Virus record (IMG/VR): IMGVR_UViG_3300005444_000001
Location: 4,406 to 68,405 of that record
DNA: 64,000 nucleotides
Reading direction: 5' to 3' (one strand)
Source: a virus
The position numbers were made by a program, and so were the translations under genes. The notes beneath the pieces were generated by a model. The model did not search any database, had not been told where the DNA came from, and was given only the letters and a program-made list of their open reading frames with translations. This document shows positions 20,062-29,197 of this stretch, in pieces (position 1 is the stretch's first letter; the number at the start of each line of letters is the position of its first letter).

Positions 20062-20589
20062 ATGAGTGAAGTCACGATACCAATGGGCGGCGGCGCGAGT
20101 TATTCGGGCGGAGTCGGTACTCGAGGGCGCTGTCCGCGCATTTCGAGTTCGGGCGCGACGACCGGAATGGAAGATTCGCCGTATGCGAGCATCGAAGTTT
20201 CATTGACCGCTGCACAAATCAAGGCTCTGCGCGCGACGCCGGTAGAACTTGTTCCGGCACCAGGCGCGAATAAGGTGCTTGATTTCATCGGCGCGCATTT
20301 TCAACTGCTCGCTGGCGGGACCGGGTTCACTGAGAGCGGATGCAACCTTGGCATCAAATACACGGACGGGTCAGGCGTCCAAGTGAACGAGACGGTCGAG
20401 GCGACAGGCTTCATCGACCAGACCGTGAACACGAATACGAGTGCTCGCAAGAAACTCGATCCGATTGTGGCCGCGAGCGCTGCGACGAATAAAGCCCTCG
20501 TGCTTCACAACGTCGGCGGCGGCGAAATCGCGGCTGGCGACGGCACGATGAAAGTGAAAGTGCTTTTCGCTGTTCACGCTGCAGGCTAA
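20062..20589 (+). CDS. Virion structural protein (decoration/fibre-like)
   Basis: 175 aa; 'LTAAQIKALRATPVELVPAPGA' motif recurrent in phage structural proteins; SD GGAGG. Confidence 0.55.
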   Translation: MSEVTIPMGGGASYSGGVGTRGRCPRISSSGATTGMEDSPYASIEVSLTAAQIKALRATPVELVPAPGANKVLDFIGAHFQLLAGGTGFTESGCNLGIKYTDGSGVQVNETVEATGFIDQTVNTNTSARKKLDPIVAASAATNKALVLHNVGGGEIAAGDGTMKVKVLFAVHAAG

Positions 20590-20591
20590 AC

Positions 20592-20608
20592 GTCTCCCAA
20601 TGGGCGAC
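20592..20608. repeat. 17-bp palindrome copy
   Basis: GTCTCCCAATGGGCGAC, 2 nt after a stop codon. Confidence 0.9.
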
Positions 20609-20628
20609 ATTCTTTCGGAGGTCTTCGA

Positions 20629-21300
20629 ATGAAACGCAATCTGCTTATCTCTTTGGTTTTGCTTCTAACGTTGGTGGCTATCGTGATCGCCAACACATAT
20701 TCTGGCGGCGTGTCCGGCACGGCGACCGGAAACGCGCTTCTGAAAAGCACCGGCGATCGCTCAGTCGGTGGATCTTCCGCGTCAGATGACGGCACGACCT
20801 TCACGATTAACACGAACAAGGTTCTCATCACTGAGTCAAACGGCAACACGACGATTGCCGGAACTCTGGCTGTCACCGGCGCTACGGTGCATACTGGCAC
20901 GGTCAATGGCCCGTTCGGCGCGGTGCGGCAATTAACCACACCTGTCGTGTTGACCGCCGCACAATCAGGCCAATTAGAAGTCGTTGCGAGTACGGCGGAT
21001 GCGGTAACTACTTTCACTTTGCCAGCGGCGTCTACCGCAGGGTTGCGTTATTGCTTCGCCGCAGACGTAGTAACCGGTTCGAATCGAGAAATTGACATCG
21101 AACCGCCTGGCGCCGCCGATCTCATTGTCGGCACGACGACGCCCGCCGGCGGAACCGGCATCGCGACTACTGCAGGCGCGGGGCACGGCATCAAGAATAC
21201 TCACGCGACGGCTGTGCGCGGCAATTCGGTCTGCTTACAGTCGGACGGGACGAACACGTGGTACATGACGAGCCTGAGCGGTATCTGGGCGGCTTACTAA
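20629..21300 (+). CDS. Fibre/spike-like protein with signal peptide
   Basis: MKRNLLISLVLLLTLVAIVIA|NT; Thr/Gly-rich; C-terminal 'LQSDGTNTWY' typical of phage fibres. Confidence 0.6.
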   Translation: MKRNLLISLVLLLTLVAIVIANTYSGGVSGTATGNALLKSTGDRSVGGSSASDDGTTFTINTNKVLITESNGNTTIAGTLAVTGATVHTGTVNGPFGAVRQLTTPVVLTAAQSGQLEVVASTADAVTTFTLPAASTAGLRYCFAADVVTGSNREIDIEPPGAADLIVGTTTPAGGTGIATTAGAGHGIKNTHATAVRGNSVCLQSDGTNTWYMTSLSGIWAAY

Positions 21301-21301
21301 A

Positions 21302-21622
21302 ATGACGCTTTCACACACAGACGAAAAAGGCAGGACATTTGCTTTAGCTGACGGCGATCAAACCGTAGCGTCGCTTTTAGCCGCAGCGGGTCTGGACATT
21401 TTCTCCGGCTGCAAGAGCATTGAGATTCGCTGCGAAACAAACGGGCCGATCGCTGTAGCGGTCAATACTGTAATGACGGCACTGACTGATGGTAAGCAGT
21501 TGGCCGGAACCGATGACACGGTGCTCCGCTCCGTTCGATATGAGCAGAAAGACACCAATCACGTACACATCTTTGCGGTCGGCACGGCGGATAAGGTGTA
21601 CATCGAAGTCAGCAGTTTCTAA
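21302..21622 (+). CDS. Hypothetical protein
   Basis: 106 aa, last gene of the + operon. Confidence 0.5.
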   Translation: MTLSHTDEKGRTFALADGDQTVASLLAAAGLDIFSGCKSIEIRCETNGPIAVAVNTVMTALTDGKQLAGTDDTVLRSVRYEQKDTNHVHIFAVGTADKVYIEVSSF

Positions 21623-21655
21623 TCGAGAAATCCTGCTACCGCACTGGCAGGTGAA

Positions 21656-21691
21656 GGCGCGTCACTTCCGGGTGGCGCGTTCTTTTTTTTT
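21656..21691 (+). terminator. Rho-independent terminator ending the structural operon
   Basis: GGCGCGTCAC-TTCCGG-GTGGCGCGTT followed by C and T9; convergent gene boundary. Confidence 0.8.
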
Positions 21692-21889
21692 AATTGAAGG
21701 CCGTGAGGCAAAGGCGTAGAATGTGAATCCTGAACTCGAAGTTGGGAGTTCTATTTTGAAAACGTAGAGGGGTAATCGACTTTCTATGGCAACTAGGAAG
21801 AAGATAGTCGCTGAAGGGCGGCGCAAGAAGAGATGGGAAATTAACTGTTCAGGGAGAGAGCCGGAGAATCAACCACTCCGGCTCTTTTT

Positions 21890-22180
21890 CTATGCAGAGA
21901 TAGGGATTTCGAGCGCGCTGAAGGCGTCGGCGAGGGTTTCGACTTTGAACACAGGCGAATCACTCCATTCATCAAAGAAGTCTTGTTGGCCCGGACGCAG
22001 CCGCCGCTCGGACGGTTTACGGGATCCGTCCTTTACTTCAAGCAGGCTAATCTTGCCTTGGTAAGAACAAAGCAGATCGGGTAGATCGCGTGCGTCGAGA
22101 ATGCGCACCTTAACTCCGGCCTTGCGGAGCGCGTTGACGATGATATTTTGATTGGCGTCTTTGCGGGCTTTGTGGCGCAT
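21890..22180 (-). CDS. VRR-NUC-like PD-(D/E)XK nuclease (resolvase-like)
   Basis: 'RKDANQ..IV.ALR..G...LPDLL......LLEVKDG'; start corrected to 22180 (SD GAGG). Confidence 0.75.
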   Translation of the reverse strand: MRHKARKDANQNIIVNALRKAGVKVRILDARDLPDLLCSYQGKISLLEVKDGSRKPSERRLRPGQQDFFDEWSDSPVFKVETLADAFSALEIPISA

Positions 22181-22190
22181 TAGTTTCCTC

Positions 22191-22652
22191 TTAGAGTTCC
22201 GATTGTTCTTGGCAAAAGGCTTCATAGCCAGCATCTTCTTCGTCCGCTTCTGCGCACGGTCTGCATTGATAGTTCTTATCGTTTGGATCGTCTTCATCCT
22301 TGATGTAGGGATCGTCGTCTTCGATTAGCTCTGACATAGGGAATTTATCGCCGCATTTCCAGCAGTAGTCCGTCTTCACCCTGTCGCGCTCCGGGATAAG
22401 TGCGCTGCGGTTCATGTGTTCCACGAGGATGTTGTGCATTTCATTTGCCTGTCGCTGAAGGTTGATCATTTCGCGCAAATCTATCTGAAACACTTTAGGT
22501 TTATGCTTAGCTTTGCGGCGCTTGCGTCTGTCCTGGGCGGAAGCGAGGATGCGCGCTACACGTCTTAGGCGGGCGATTTCATCGGGAGCAACCTGAGCAG
22601 CGGCGTCCACGATCTCTTTGCATTGCGCGTCAGGCGGAATGTTGACTCTCAA
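22191..22652 (-). CDS. Hypothetical protein with C-terminal CxxC pairs
   Basis: Probable TTG start at 22652 after a GGGAG SD; longer starts overlap the HAD gene. Confidence 0.4.
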   Translation of the reverse strand: MRVNIPPDAQCKEIVDAAAQVAPDEIARLRRVARILASAQDRRKRRKAKHKPKVFQIDLREMINLQRQANEMHNILVEHMNRSALIPERDRVKTDYCWKCGDKFPMSELIEDDDPYIKDEDDPNDKNYQCRPCAEADEEDAGYEAFCQEQSEL

Positions 22653-23083
22653 TTTTCTCTCCCATTGGGTGATAAATTCAGAATTGGCAATACGCCGTTG
22701 ATTGCCCATTCCGTCACGAGCGGCCTGATAGCCGCCCAGTCTGCGTAAGGGCGGCCGTCCGGCGGATAGACCAATGGACAACCAAGTGCCGCGTCGTCGA
22801 TGTACAGATGCGCGTAAGTCTTTCGTGATGAAGACCACGAGCCTTGATCGGGATTGTGGTTAATACCCCAAAACATGACGCCTTTCGATTTACAGAATTC
22901 TACCGCTTCTGTCAGCGTGTTTCCGTGTATTCCGTGATCCGAACGGATCGTCCAAAGCACCAACTGAACGCCCATGTCTTGAAGCTCACGCAGACAGTCG
23001 AACGCGTAGGGTACAGGCGGGCCGATAATCGGATACTCATGCCGAACAAGAGTGCCGTCGAAATCTACTGCAAGAATTTTCAC
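22649..23083 (-). CDS. HAD-superfamily hydrolase (BT0820-like)
   Basis: Motif I 'IL.VDFDGTL', motif II 'LWT.R', motif IV 'YIDD'. Confidence 0.8.
   Translation of the reverse strand: MKILAVDFDGTLVRHEYPIIGPPVPYAFDCLRELQDMGVQLVLWTIRSDHGIHGNTLTEAVEFCKSKGVMFWGINHNPDQGSWSSSRKTYAHLYIDDAALGCPLVYPPDGRPYADWAAIRPLVTEWAINGVLPILNLSPNGREN
22657..22673. repeat. Degenerate palindrome copy
   Basis: CTCTCCCATTGGGTGAT (2 mismatches); supplies an SD on the minus strand. Confidence 0.55.
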
Positions 23084-24027
23084 GCTTCCACCGCCTTTTT
23101 AGGAATTGATTCAATAAGGTTTGAATAGACCGATACACAAAATCCGCAGAGCAACATCTTAATGCTGCGCATGTGCCCGTTTGACCTTGCGGTAATCACC
23201 GACAACCGGACCGGCTCTTCGCCGTTATGTCCGCAGCGCTCGCACAGTCCCGCCATCGCTACCGGATCGGTCATAAAATCTACTTCGTCATCCGCGCCGC
23301 CTTCGCCCAGGATGGCTTTTGATAAGTGATAAGCATTGAACAGCGCCGGATGCAGCGCGCCTTTTTCGCCGATGTACTTGTCCATTGCTCTGACATTTTC
23401 GCGAATCAGGTAAGTCAGAAAGACGGGCGCCGACTGCGCGGGTACTTGTTTAGGCTCGCCGGAGTCGTGCGCGTCGCTCGTCCGCTTGTCGATCGCGGTG
23501 CGAATGCGTTCTCTCTGACGTTCCATGTTTTCGAGCACATGCGTAGTGACGTTGGCTTTCAGCGCGACAGATAGCGGCACAGCTTCGCCGCTCGCCGGAT
23601 CCGTCGAGGCGCCTTGCAGCCACTCAGAAACTTTGTCTTCGGTCCCTTCGCGCACCTGGCGCAGTAGCGTCGCTGTCACCGGACGGTCGCCCGCGATTTC
23701 TTTGGCGATGCTATGCACGGCGACCTGCAAGTCCTTTTCGAGCCCGACAAGTTCTCGGGCCTCGCGCTCTGACTCGACTGGCACGTTGTCAGCAACCTCG
23801 GCGGCGGCGATTAGCCTGTAGGCATGGCTGGCGCCGAATCGCCAGCGGTGGCGACAGTACGAGGCGAAGTCCGGATAGTTTTCGCGGTAGAGGCGCCTAT
23901 CTTTGATTTCCAACAGGGCGGCGCCGGCGGAGATGAATGCTTTAATGTCGCGCTCGACGATTGCTTCGAGGCGCGTAAGCTCCGTTGACTCGTCAGAAGT
24001 GATAGGTTCAAGGGATTCTGAGTTCAT
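23080..24027 (-). CDS. Phage DNA-binding-type hypothetical protein
   Basis: 315 aa; 'ALLEIKDRRLYRE.Y.DF..YC..RW.F..S.AYRLI' motif common in phage proteins. Confidence 0.55.
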   Translation of the reverse strand: MNSESLEPITSDESTELTRLEAIVERDIKAFISAGAALLEIKDRRLYRENYPDFASYCRHRWRFGASHAYRLIAAAEVADNVPVESEREARELVGLEKDLQVAVHSIAKEIAGDRPVTATLLRQVREGTEDKVSEWLQGASTDPASGEAVPLSVALKANVTTHVLENMERQRERIRTAIDKRTSDAHDSGEPKQVPAQSAPVFLTYLIRENVRAMDKYIGEKGALHPALFNAYHLSKAILGEGGADDEVDFMTDPVAMAGLCERCGHNGEEPVRLSVITARSNGHMRSIKMLLCGFCVSVYSNLIESIPKKAVEA

Positions 24028-24278
24028 TCGTTTTCTCTCCCAGTGGGCGACACGGGCAGTCGGTACAGTTCGATCTTATCGACGCCGGAAGCGCGGTAAG
24101 ACATCGACGGGTAGATTCGCCATTGCTGTGCCGACCCTTCAGCGAGAAACGCCAGTATCGCTCGTTCTGCGGGCGTCTCGCCTTCCAGTTTAATGCTCGG
24201 CTCTTTCTCGCCGTGAAATTCGAGTAGAAACTTCATCAGGCTCCTTTCGGCAGATGCAGTTGATAGTAGCGTCGCCAC
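24024..24278 (-). CDS. Hypothetical protein
   Basis: 84 aa, overlaps the next gene by ATGA. Confidence 0.45.
   Translation of the reverse strand: MATLLSTASAERSLMKFLLEFHGEKEPSIKLEGETPAERAILAFLAEGSAQQWRIYPSMSYRASGVDKIELYRLPVSPTGRENE
24035..24051. repeat. 17-bp palindrome copy
   Basis: CTCTCCCAGTGGGCGAC; gene end, SD of the next gene. Confidence 0.9.
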
Positions 24279-24586
24279 GCCTCGGTGACGTCTTTGAGGG
24301 CGATGTTCCCAATCCCACCGTCGTGGTAGAAGTAAGCGTCAAGCACGAAATCGAGATGCGCGGCAGCGGCAGTAACCTCTGGCGGCGGTTCTTTCAAGAA
24401 GGGCGGCAGCGGACCGGTCGGCGGAACGCGAAAGGTCTTCGGGATCTTCGCCCCGAGCGTCCAGTCGATGTTCGGGTAGTGCGCGTTGACTACTTTGAAC
24501 GCCTGCTTGAGCCACGCGCACATAGCCGCCTCGCCGCCGTTTTTAGGTGTATCGGGTTTAGTCGTAGTATCCAAGGTCGTCGTCAT
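24236..24586 (-). CDS. Hypothetical protein
   Basis: Pro-rich ORF in the - operon; start tentative. Confidence 0.4.
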   Translation of the reverse strand: MTTTLDTTTKPDTPKNGGEAAMCAWLKQAFKVVNAHYPNIDWTLGAKIPKTFRVPPTGPLPPFLKEPPPEVTAAAAHLDFVLDAYFYHDGGIGNIALKDVTEAWRRYYQLHLPKGA

Positions 24587-24740
24587 AATCCTCGTCGTCG
24601 TAGGTATCATCGCCGCCGCAACCTTCAGGACTGTACGGACATTCGCACATCATCGATGAATACTCTTCCGTCTCGACCTCACAGTCGTCGATGTCGCCGT
24701 GACAGTAGCAAGCCTGACCGCATTCAGGGCATGAGTGCAT
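24558..24740 (-). CDS. Small Cys-rich acidic protein
   Basis: 60 aa, CPEC...CYCH...CEC, Asp-rich tail. Confidence 0.45.
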   Translation of the reverse strand: MHSCPECGQACYCHGDIDDCEVETEEYSSMMCECPYSPEGCGGDDTYDDEDYDDDLGYYD

Positions 24741-24888
24741 TACTGCTTCATCCTTTCCAAGAATCGCTCTTTCTCTGCGATCCGCCGCGCTAACTCAGGG
24801 TTAGGCTTCTCGCGGAACGCCTGTCGCATCATTCGCAGCGCGTTCTGCGTGCGCGTGACGATGATTTGCTGTGCCTCGACGCGCGGGT

Positions 24889-25293
24889 TCATGAGAATAG
24901 TCGCATTCCGCTTCTTATCGCGTCGACGTCAGCGCTATGCCCGACGATTACGGTTGTATCCTTCGGCCCAACAATGTGATCGACTACGAATACGGCGCGC
25001 CTCTCGCCAGTCAGCCTCCCTTGCTGATGTTGAATGCCGGGCTCGTACTTGTATTCGTCCAAACTTAGAAGAAAACGGAAAGCCATCGCCGCAACTTGGA
25101 TCGCCTCAGCGCGAACATCGTCAGGGTTTGATTTGTGCGGCTCGTAGACCGCCTGAAGCACGGCTTTTTGAAGTTCGCCTACTTCTTCGCCAACGACAGC
25201 CATCGCATGAAGCGGGTCAGTCGGCCACGTCGGAAACTTTGTGGTCGCCGCCGACACTTCGGCTAACACCTGTTCTGGTATGTTCATAATCAA
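24889..25293 (-). CDS. MazG-like all-alpha NTP pyrophosphatase
   Basis: 'VVGEEVGEL.KAVL...E.IQVAAMA' ExxE...ExxD/Q signature. Confidence 0.7.
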   Translation of the reverse strand: MIMNIPEQVLAEVSAATTKFPTWPTDPLHAMAVVGEEVGELQKAVLQAVYEPHKSNPDDVRAEAIQVAAMAFRFLLSLDEYKYEPGIQHQQGRLTGERRAVFVVDHIVGPKDTTVIVGHSADVDAIRSGMRLFS

Positions 25294-25895
25294 TTCCTCA
25301 TTCCTGAAAGTCGCTTACTGAAACAGTTCGCGCAGATGCCGATCACGTCCTGGCGCTCGTTCTCGCCAATGGCTCTGACGATGCACTCGGTCGGATGCTT
25401 CCCGCAGAGCGCGCACAATCGCTCCATCGCCTTCAGCAAGGCGCAACGAAAACACTTCGCCAGCGGTGGATCGGAAAACGTGATGAACTCCGCCGGTTCG
25501 TCGCAGTCGAGACAGCCTACGATGTCTTGAACTGGGCGCGCGTGATAATCATCTCCTTCGGCCCATTTTCGGGCTTTGCTCTGCTCGTCCTGTAGTTGTT
25601 TTTCAAGCGGAGACGGATTTGGCGATTGCGGGCGATTTAAGGCGTCTGAATTCTCCCCGGCCTTGCCGTGCATCCTGTCAGGGGTGTCTGGCAAGGGAGG
25701 CGCAGGCTGTGCGCACGTGGCGATAGAATCCTTCGAAGGCTCTACCCCTTCAGATGGTACTTCGCGGGGCGGTAGCCCTTCTTCCCGAATCCATAGCCTC
25801 GCGCCGCAGTCGGGACAGATCGGCTTTGCCGCTTCGCCGATAGGCAGGATGAAAGGACATGACGGGCAATACATCTGCGTCAAATACTCGCCCAT
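25290..25895 (-). CDS. Hypothetical protein with several CxxC motifs
   Basis: 201 aa. Confidence 0.5.
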   Translation of the reverse strand: MGEYLTQMYCPSCPFILPIGEAAKPICPDCGARLWIREEGLPPREVPSEGVEPSKDSIATCAQPAPPLPDTPDRMHGKAGENSDALNRPQSPNPSPLEKQLQDEQSKARKWAEGDDYHARPVQDIVGCLDCDEPAEFITFSDPPLAKCFRCALLKAMERLCALCGKHPTECIVRAIGENERQDVIGICANCFSKRLSGMRN

Positions 25896-27289
25896 AATTC
25901 TCCTAACTCGTGAATCCAGTCGCCGACCGGATCGGTATCGTTCGTGTAGAGCGCGTCTGTTGTGGTCGCGGAAATCCCGTCCAAGATTGCGAAGATGAGC
26001 GAGCGACAGCGTTCAAGTTGCCAGTCTTCGCGGGAAGGGATGGCGGTCTGGTACGTCTTTCCTTCCATGTAGAAACATTTGTCTCCCACTGGGCGACACT
26101 TGGGCGCGGCGGTTTTCGTGTCTTCGGATACTTGCGACGTTTGGCTTTCGGAATCTCCGACATACCATTCGATCGGACGCGTGCGTGTCGATTTACGACC
26201 TTGCGCCTTCTCGTTGGCCTCCGTCGCCTCGCTTTGGGGAACCGTGTGAATATCGGGATTAAAACCGGGGAAGACTTGGGGAATAACTTCCCACGAGGAA
26301 TCAAGCCACTCCTGAAACTTGCCCGCGATCTGAATTTCAAGCAGAGTGCGATCCTTCGGCAACTCGCCTGTCTCGATCCATCCACAAAGGTACTTAAATG
26401 CCGCGTTCCATTGTCCCGTGAATAGGTTGCGGCCTAGCGATTCGTCAAACCAGAGATGTTTCAGTTCAAGAAACCATCGGACGACCGTTTCAGGATGAAC
26501 GGCGCTGGTAAGCTGGTACTTGCGCCCACGTGCCTTTTCGTTATCGTACTTCGCCCCAACGGACGCGACATCCTCCCCCAAAGATGCCGCGTCCGTGCGA
26601 TTCTCGGAGTGCGTAGTCTCCGAGCCAGCCGCGCCGAATCCACATTCAGCGCAGGATTCAAAATCGCCTGAACCATCAGAGCGAGGTCTGAGCGGAGCGG
26701 CGCACTTTGGACAAAGCGTCATAACCATCGGCCCTTGCGCCGCTGCGCCGTATTCAGCGCCAGCGAGAAAGGCGGATTTGACTTCATCTTCCAGTCCGAA
26801 GACTAACTTGCCGCCGAGATTACGCACGCCGGGAAACTTGCGCCGCAGCCACACTTCAAACGCATCTTCTACTTTCCACGGTGGCGGCCCGGACGCGGTT
26901 TTATGACTGAGAATCGCGTTCAATGCGTTTACGCGGGCTACGACAGATTGAGTCCACGGCACTGACTCTGGCGTTGCAGTGGTAAGCAGGTTATTCAGCG
27001 CCGCCGCCTCTTCTCGCAGTCGGTCGATTTTCGCGGACGGTATCTGCCCGAACAATGGTGGCGGGTCGGTACGGACGCCTCGTTCTTTGGCCAGGCGGCT
27101 AAACTCAAGATGTCCGCCGTATTCCGCGCCGGTCGCTAACGCGGTAAAGAACGCTGACTCAACCTCTTTTTCGATAATCGGCCCGAAAGCGCCTCGGTAC
27201 TTCCGAAAAGCCGCCCACGCCTGTTGTTCCCAGTCCTCGCGTTCCTTGGCGCCGGTATGTGACGCTAAGACTTTTTCGATTAAACTCAT
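25880..27289 (-). CDS. Mosaic hypothetical protein with an internal repeat
   Basis: 469 aa; 'E.EV.SAF...A.GAEYG' occurs twice; central CxxC ribbon. Confidence 0.55.
   Translation of the reverse strand: MSLIEKVLASHTGAKEREDWEQQAWAAFRKYRGAFGPIIEKEVESAFFTALATGAEYGGHLEFSRLAKERGVRTDPPPLFGQIPSAKIDRLREEAAALNNLLTTATPESVPWTQSVVARVNALNAILSHKTASGPPPWKVEDAFEVWLRRKFPGVRNLGGKLVFGLEDEVKSAFLAGAEYGAAAQGPMVMTLCPKCAAPLRPRSDGSGDFESCAECGFGAAGSETTHSENRTDAASLGEDVASVGAKYDNEKARGRKYQLTSAVHPETVVRWFLELKHLWFDESLGRNLFTGQWNAAFKYLCGWIETGELPKDRTLLEIQIAGKFQEWLDSSWEVIPQVFPGFNPDIHTVPQSEATEANEKAQGRKSTRTRPIEWYVGDSESQTSQVSEDTKTAAPKCRPVGDKCFYMEGKTYQTAIPSREDWQLERCRSLIFAILDGISATTTDALYTNDTDPVGDWIHELGELWASI
26081..26097. repeat. 17-bp palindrome copy
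   Basis: GTCTCCCACTGGGCGAC, inside a CDS (CRPVGD). Confidence 0.9.
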
Positions 27290-28662
27290 AAAAACTGATT
27301 CTCCTTATCGTCTGGTACTTCTTCGCCTAACTCATCCAACGTCGGATAGAACTGCATCTTTGGGCGATGAAACTGTAACTTGATAGCGCGCTTGCCCACG
27401 GCTGTCGGACCATTCCTTTGCTTCCAGACCGCCAGTCGCGCTTTTGACAAATCACCTTCGTCCTTTTGCGCTTCGGTGGTCAGCACGGCAAACAGGTCGC
27501 ACGCCTGGTAGTACGCCTCTCCGCCGTCAATACTTTCTGGCCCCGGGTCTTTCTTTCCCCACGCAGACCGATTGAACTGCGCCGCCACGATCGTTACTAA
27601 GTCCTCGCCGATGCTGATGTCCTGCTGAATGAAATCTGCAGTGTATTTCAACTCCTGAGTTTTATTCTCATACTTGTCGCGCCCGCGCCCGTATCCGCTT
27701 ACCTTCCCAAAGTAGTCAATACCGACAACTTTCAACTCCTTGCCCTGATTGGCGAGTTCTCGTTTGACTACGCCGATGCGGTTTTTGATCTCATGAACAG
27801 ACTTGCAGTCGTTGTAAATCCAGATTGGGAAGTCGAGCGACTTACGCACCTGCGCCAATAAGTCAGCCACTGCAATCTCGCTGATGCCGTATCGAATGCG
27901 ATTCATCGGCACACCCGATTCGGCCGCCAGCGCCCGAAGTGCGATCAGCAGCGCTTTCATCTCGAGCGAGAAAAGAATCGACGGCGCGTCGTGAGACGCC
28001 ATGTATTTCAGCGTCTGCAGCAGGATTGAACTTTTCCCTTCGCTTGATCGCGCGGCAATACCCCACATCTCACTTCGCGTCGGACCGCCGCCGGTCAGTC
28101 TGTCCAACGGCTCGCAGCCGGTAGCGACGGCCGGATTGATGCCAGCGCGCAAAAGGTAGAGATGGTCTTCAACTTGGGGCACGAGATCGATCAGGCGCCC
28201 GCCCTTGAATCCGTTGGTTGACGCCTCGCGCATCGACGCAAAGCGCTCTGTGGCGGTAGCGAGTGTGACTTGTGGATCTTCCGACTCGTCGAGAAAGGCG
28301 GCTTGTAGCCGGGCAGCTTCTTTGAACCCCTGCCGTGCGGTAAGTTTTTGGCGCAGAATCTTCGTGTACGGAGCGAGTTTAGTCACGGCCGGGAGTTTGT
28401 CGCTTAGCTTTGAGATCCCAGGCACGCCGCCGACCTTCTGTGCATCTCTACCGAGCGCATTCGCGATCGTGACCGGGTTAATCTCTGCGTGCTGACGGTG
28501 CTGTTCGAGCATAGCCGTGAAAATCAGTCGATTCGCGTAGCCGTAAAAGATATCAGGCGGTTCATGCGCCGCTTCGTCCATAAGTTGCGGGTCCAGCAGG
28601 ATTGAGCCAAGGAACACGCTTTCAGTCTCGGGCGCGTTTGGCAGTTCGGTTTCATGCGACAT
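27286..28662 (-). CDS. dnaB: DnaB-like replicative helicase
   Basis: N-terminal 'E...LGSIL.DP', Walker A 'AARSSEGKS', 'FSLEM', 'IDY', 'AAQFNR', 'KQRNGP'. Confidence 0.9.
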   Translation of the reverse strand: MSHETELPNAPETESVFLGSILLDPQLMDEAAHEPPDIFYGYANRLIFTAMLEQHRQHAEINPVTIANALGRDAQKVGGVPGISKLSDKLPAVTKLAPYTKILRQKLTARQGFKEAARLQAAFLDESEDPQVTLATATERFASMREASTNGFKGGRLIDLVPQVEDHLYLLRAGINPAVATGCEPLDRLTGGGPTRSEMWGIAARSSEGKSSILLQTLKYMASHDAPSILFSLEMKALLIALRALAAESGVPMNRIRYGISEIAVADLLAQVRKSLDFPIWIYNDCKSVHEIKNRIGVVKRELANQGKELKVVGIDYFGKVSGYGRGRDKYENKTQELKYTADFIQQDISIGEDLVTIVAAQFNRSAWGKKDPGPESIDGGEAYYQACDLFAVLTTEAQKDEGDLSKARLAVWKQRNGPTAVGKRAIKLQFHRPKMQFYPTLDELGEEVPDDKENQFL

Positions 28663-28705
28663 AGGGTCAGCGGATTTATCATAAAGCTATCCGTGGCGGC
28701 AATCG

Positions 28706-29197
28706 TTAGTTTGCAGCCGATGTTTCACCGATTGACGGGATCAGGCGCGGCAATCGTCCGGTCGCGCAAAGTTCTGGTATCTGCGGACTAATGTGCTCGC
28801 CAATAGTCTTCCCGTCGGGCATGACAATGTGCGCCAAAAATTCATCTTCAAATGTCGTGATCCCTGATTCAACAGCTTCCAATTTGGCTTTGATCGCCAG
28901 CGCGAGGGCGCGCCATCGTTGACGACAAGCCTGCTCCCACTTCACATGTTGCTTATGAACCGGCAGCGCATCATTGGTTTTCTTCCCGCCGTAGTAGCGG
29001 TAGACAAACTCATCGGCAGTGCGATTCGGTAATGGCAGGTCAAATCGAAGACGTCGATCTGCGAGTTCGAACACAATCGCCGACCGAGTGTCTTCTTCGA
29101 AGAATGCGTACTTACTCGCGCCATAGCGCTGCAGCGTCGCCTTAATCTCGCCCTGGCTGCGCTCGCTTGACACTGTTGTTTCGGATGCGTACTTCAT
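28706..29197 (-). CDS. Conserved phage hypothetical protein
   Basis: 'YA..T.VS.ERS..EI...L.RYGA...RQRWRAL.L.IKAKLEAVESGI.TFE.EFLAH' family. Confidence 0.7.
   Translation of the reverse strand: MKYASETTVSSERSQGEIKATLQRYGASKYAFFEEDTRSAIVFELADRRLRFDLPLPNRTADEFVYRYYGGKKTNDALPVHKQHVKWEQACRQRWRALALAIKAKLEAVESGITTFEDEFLAHIVMPDGKTIGEHISPQIPELCATGRLPRLIPSIGETSAAN

Noticed and set aside
21076-21085. GGTTCGAATC T-loop-like motif (tRNA)
   Set aside because: Inside a well-supported CDS with no acceptor or D-arm context; no tRNA was recognised in the window
15076-21300. Diversity-generating retroelement acting on the fibre genes
   Set aside because: No reverse transcriptase and no TR/VR near-duplicate differing at adenines was seen
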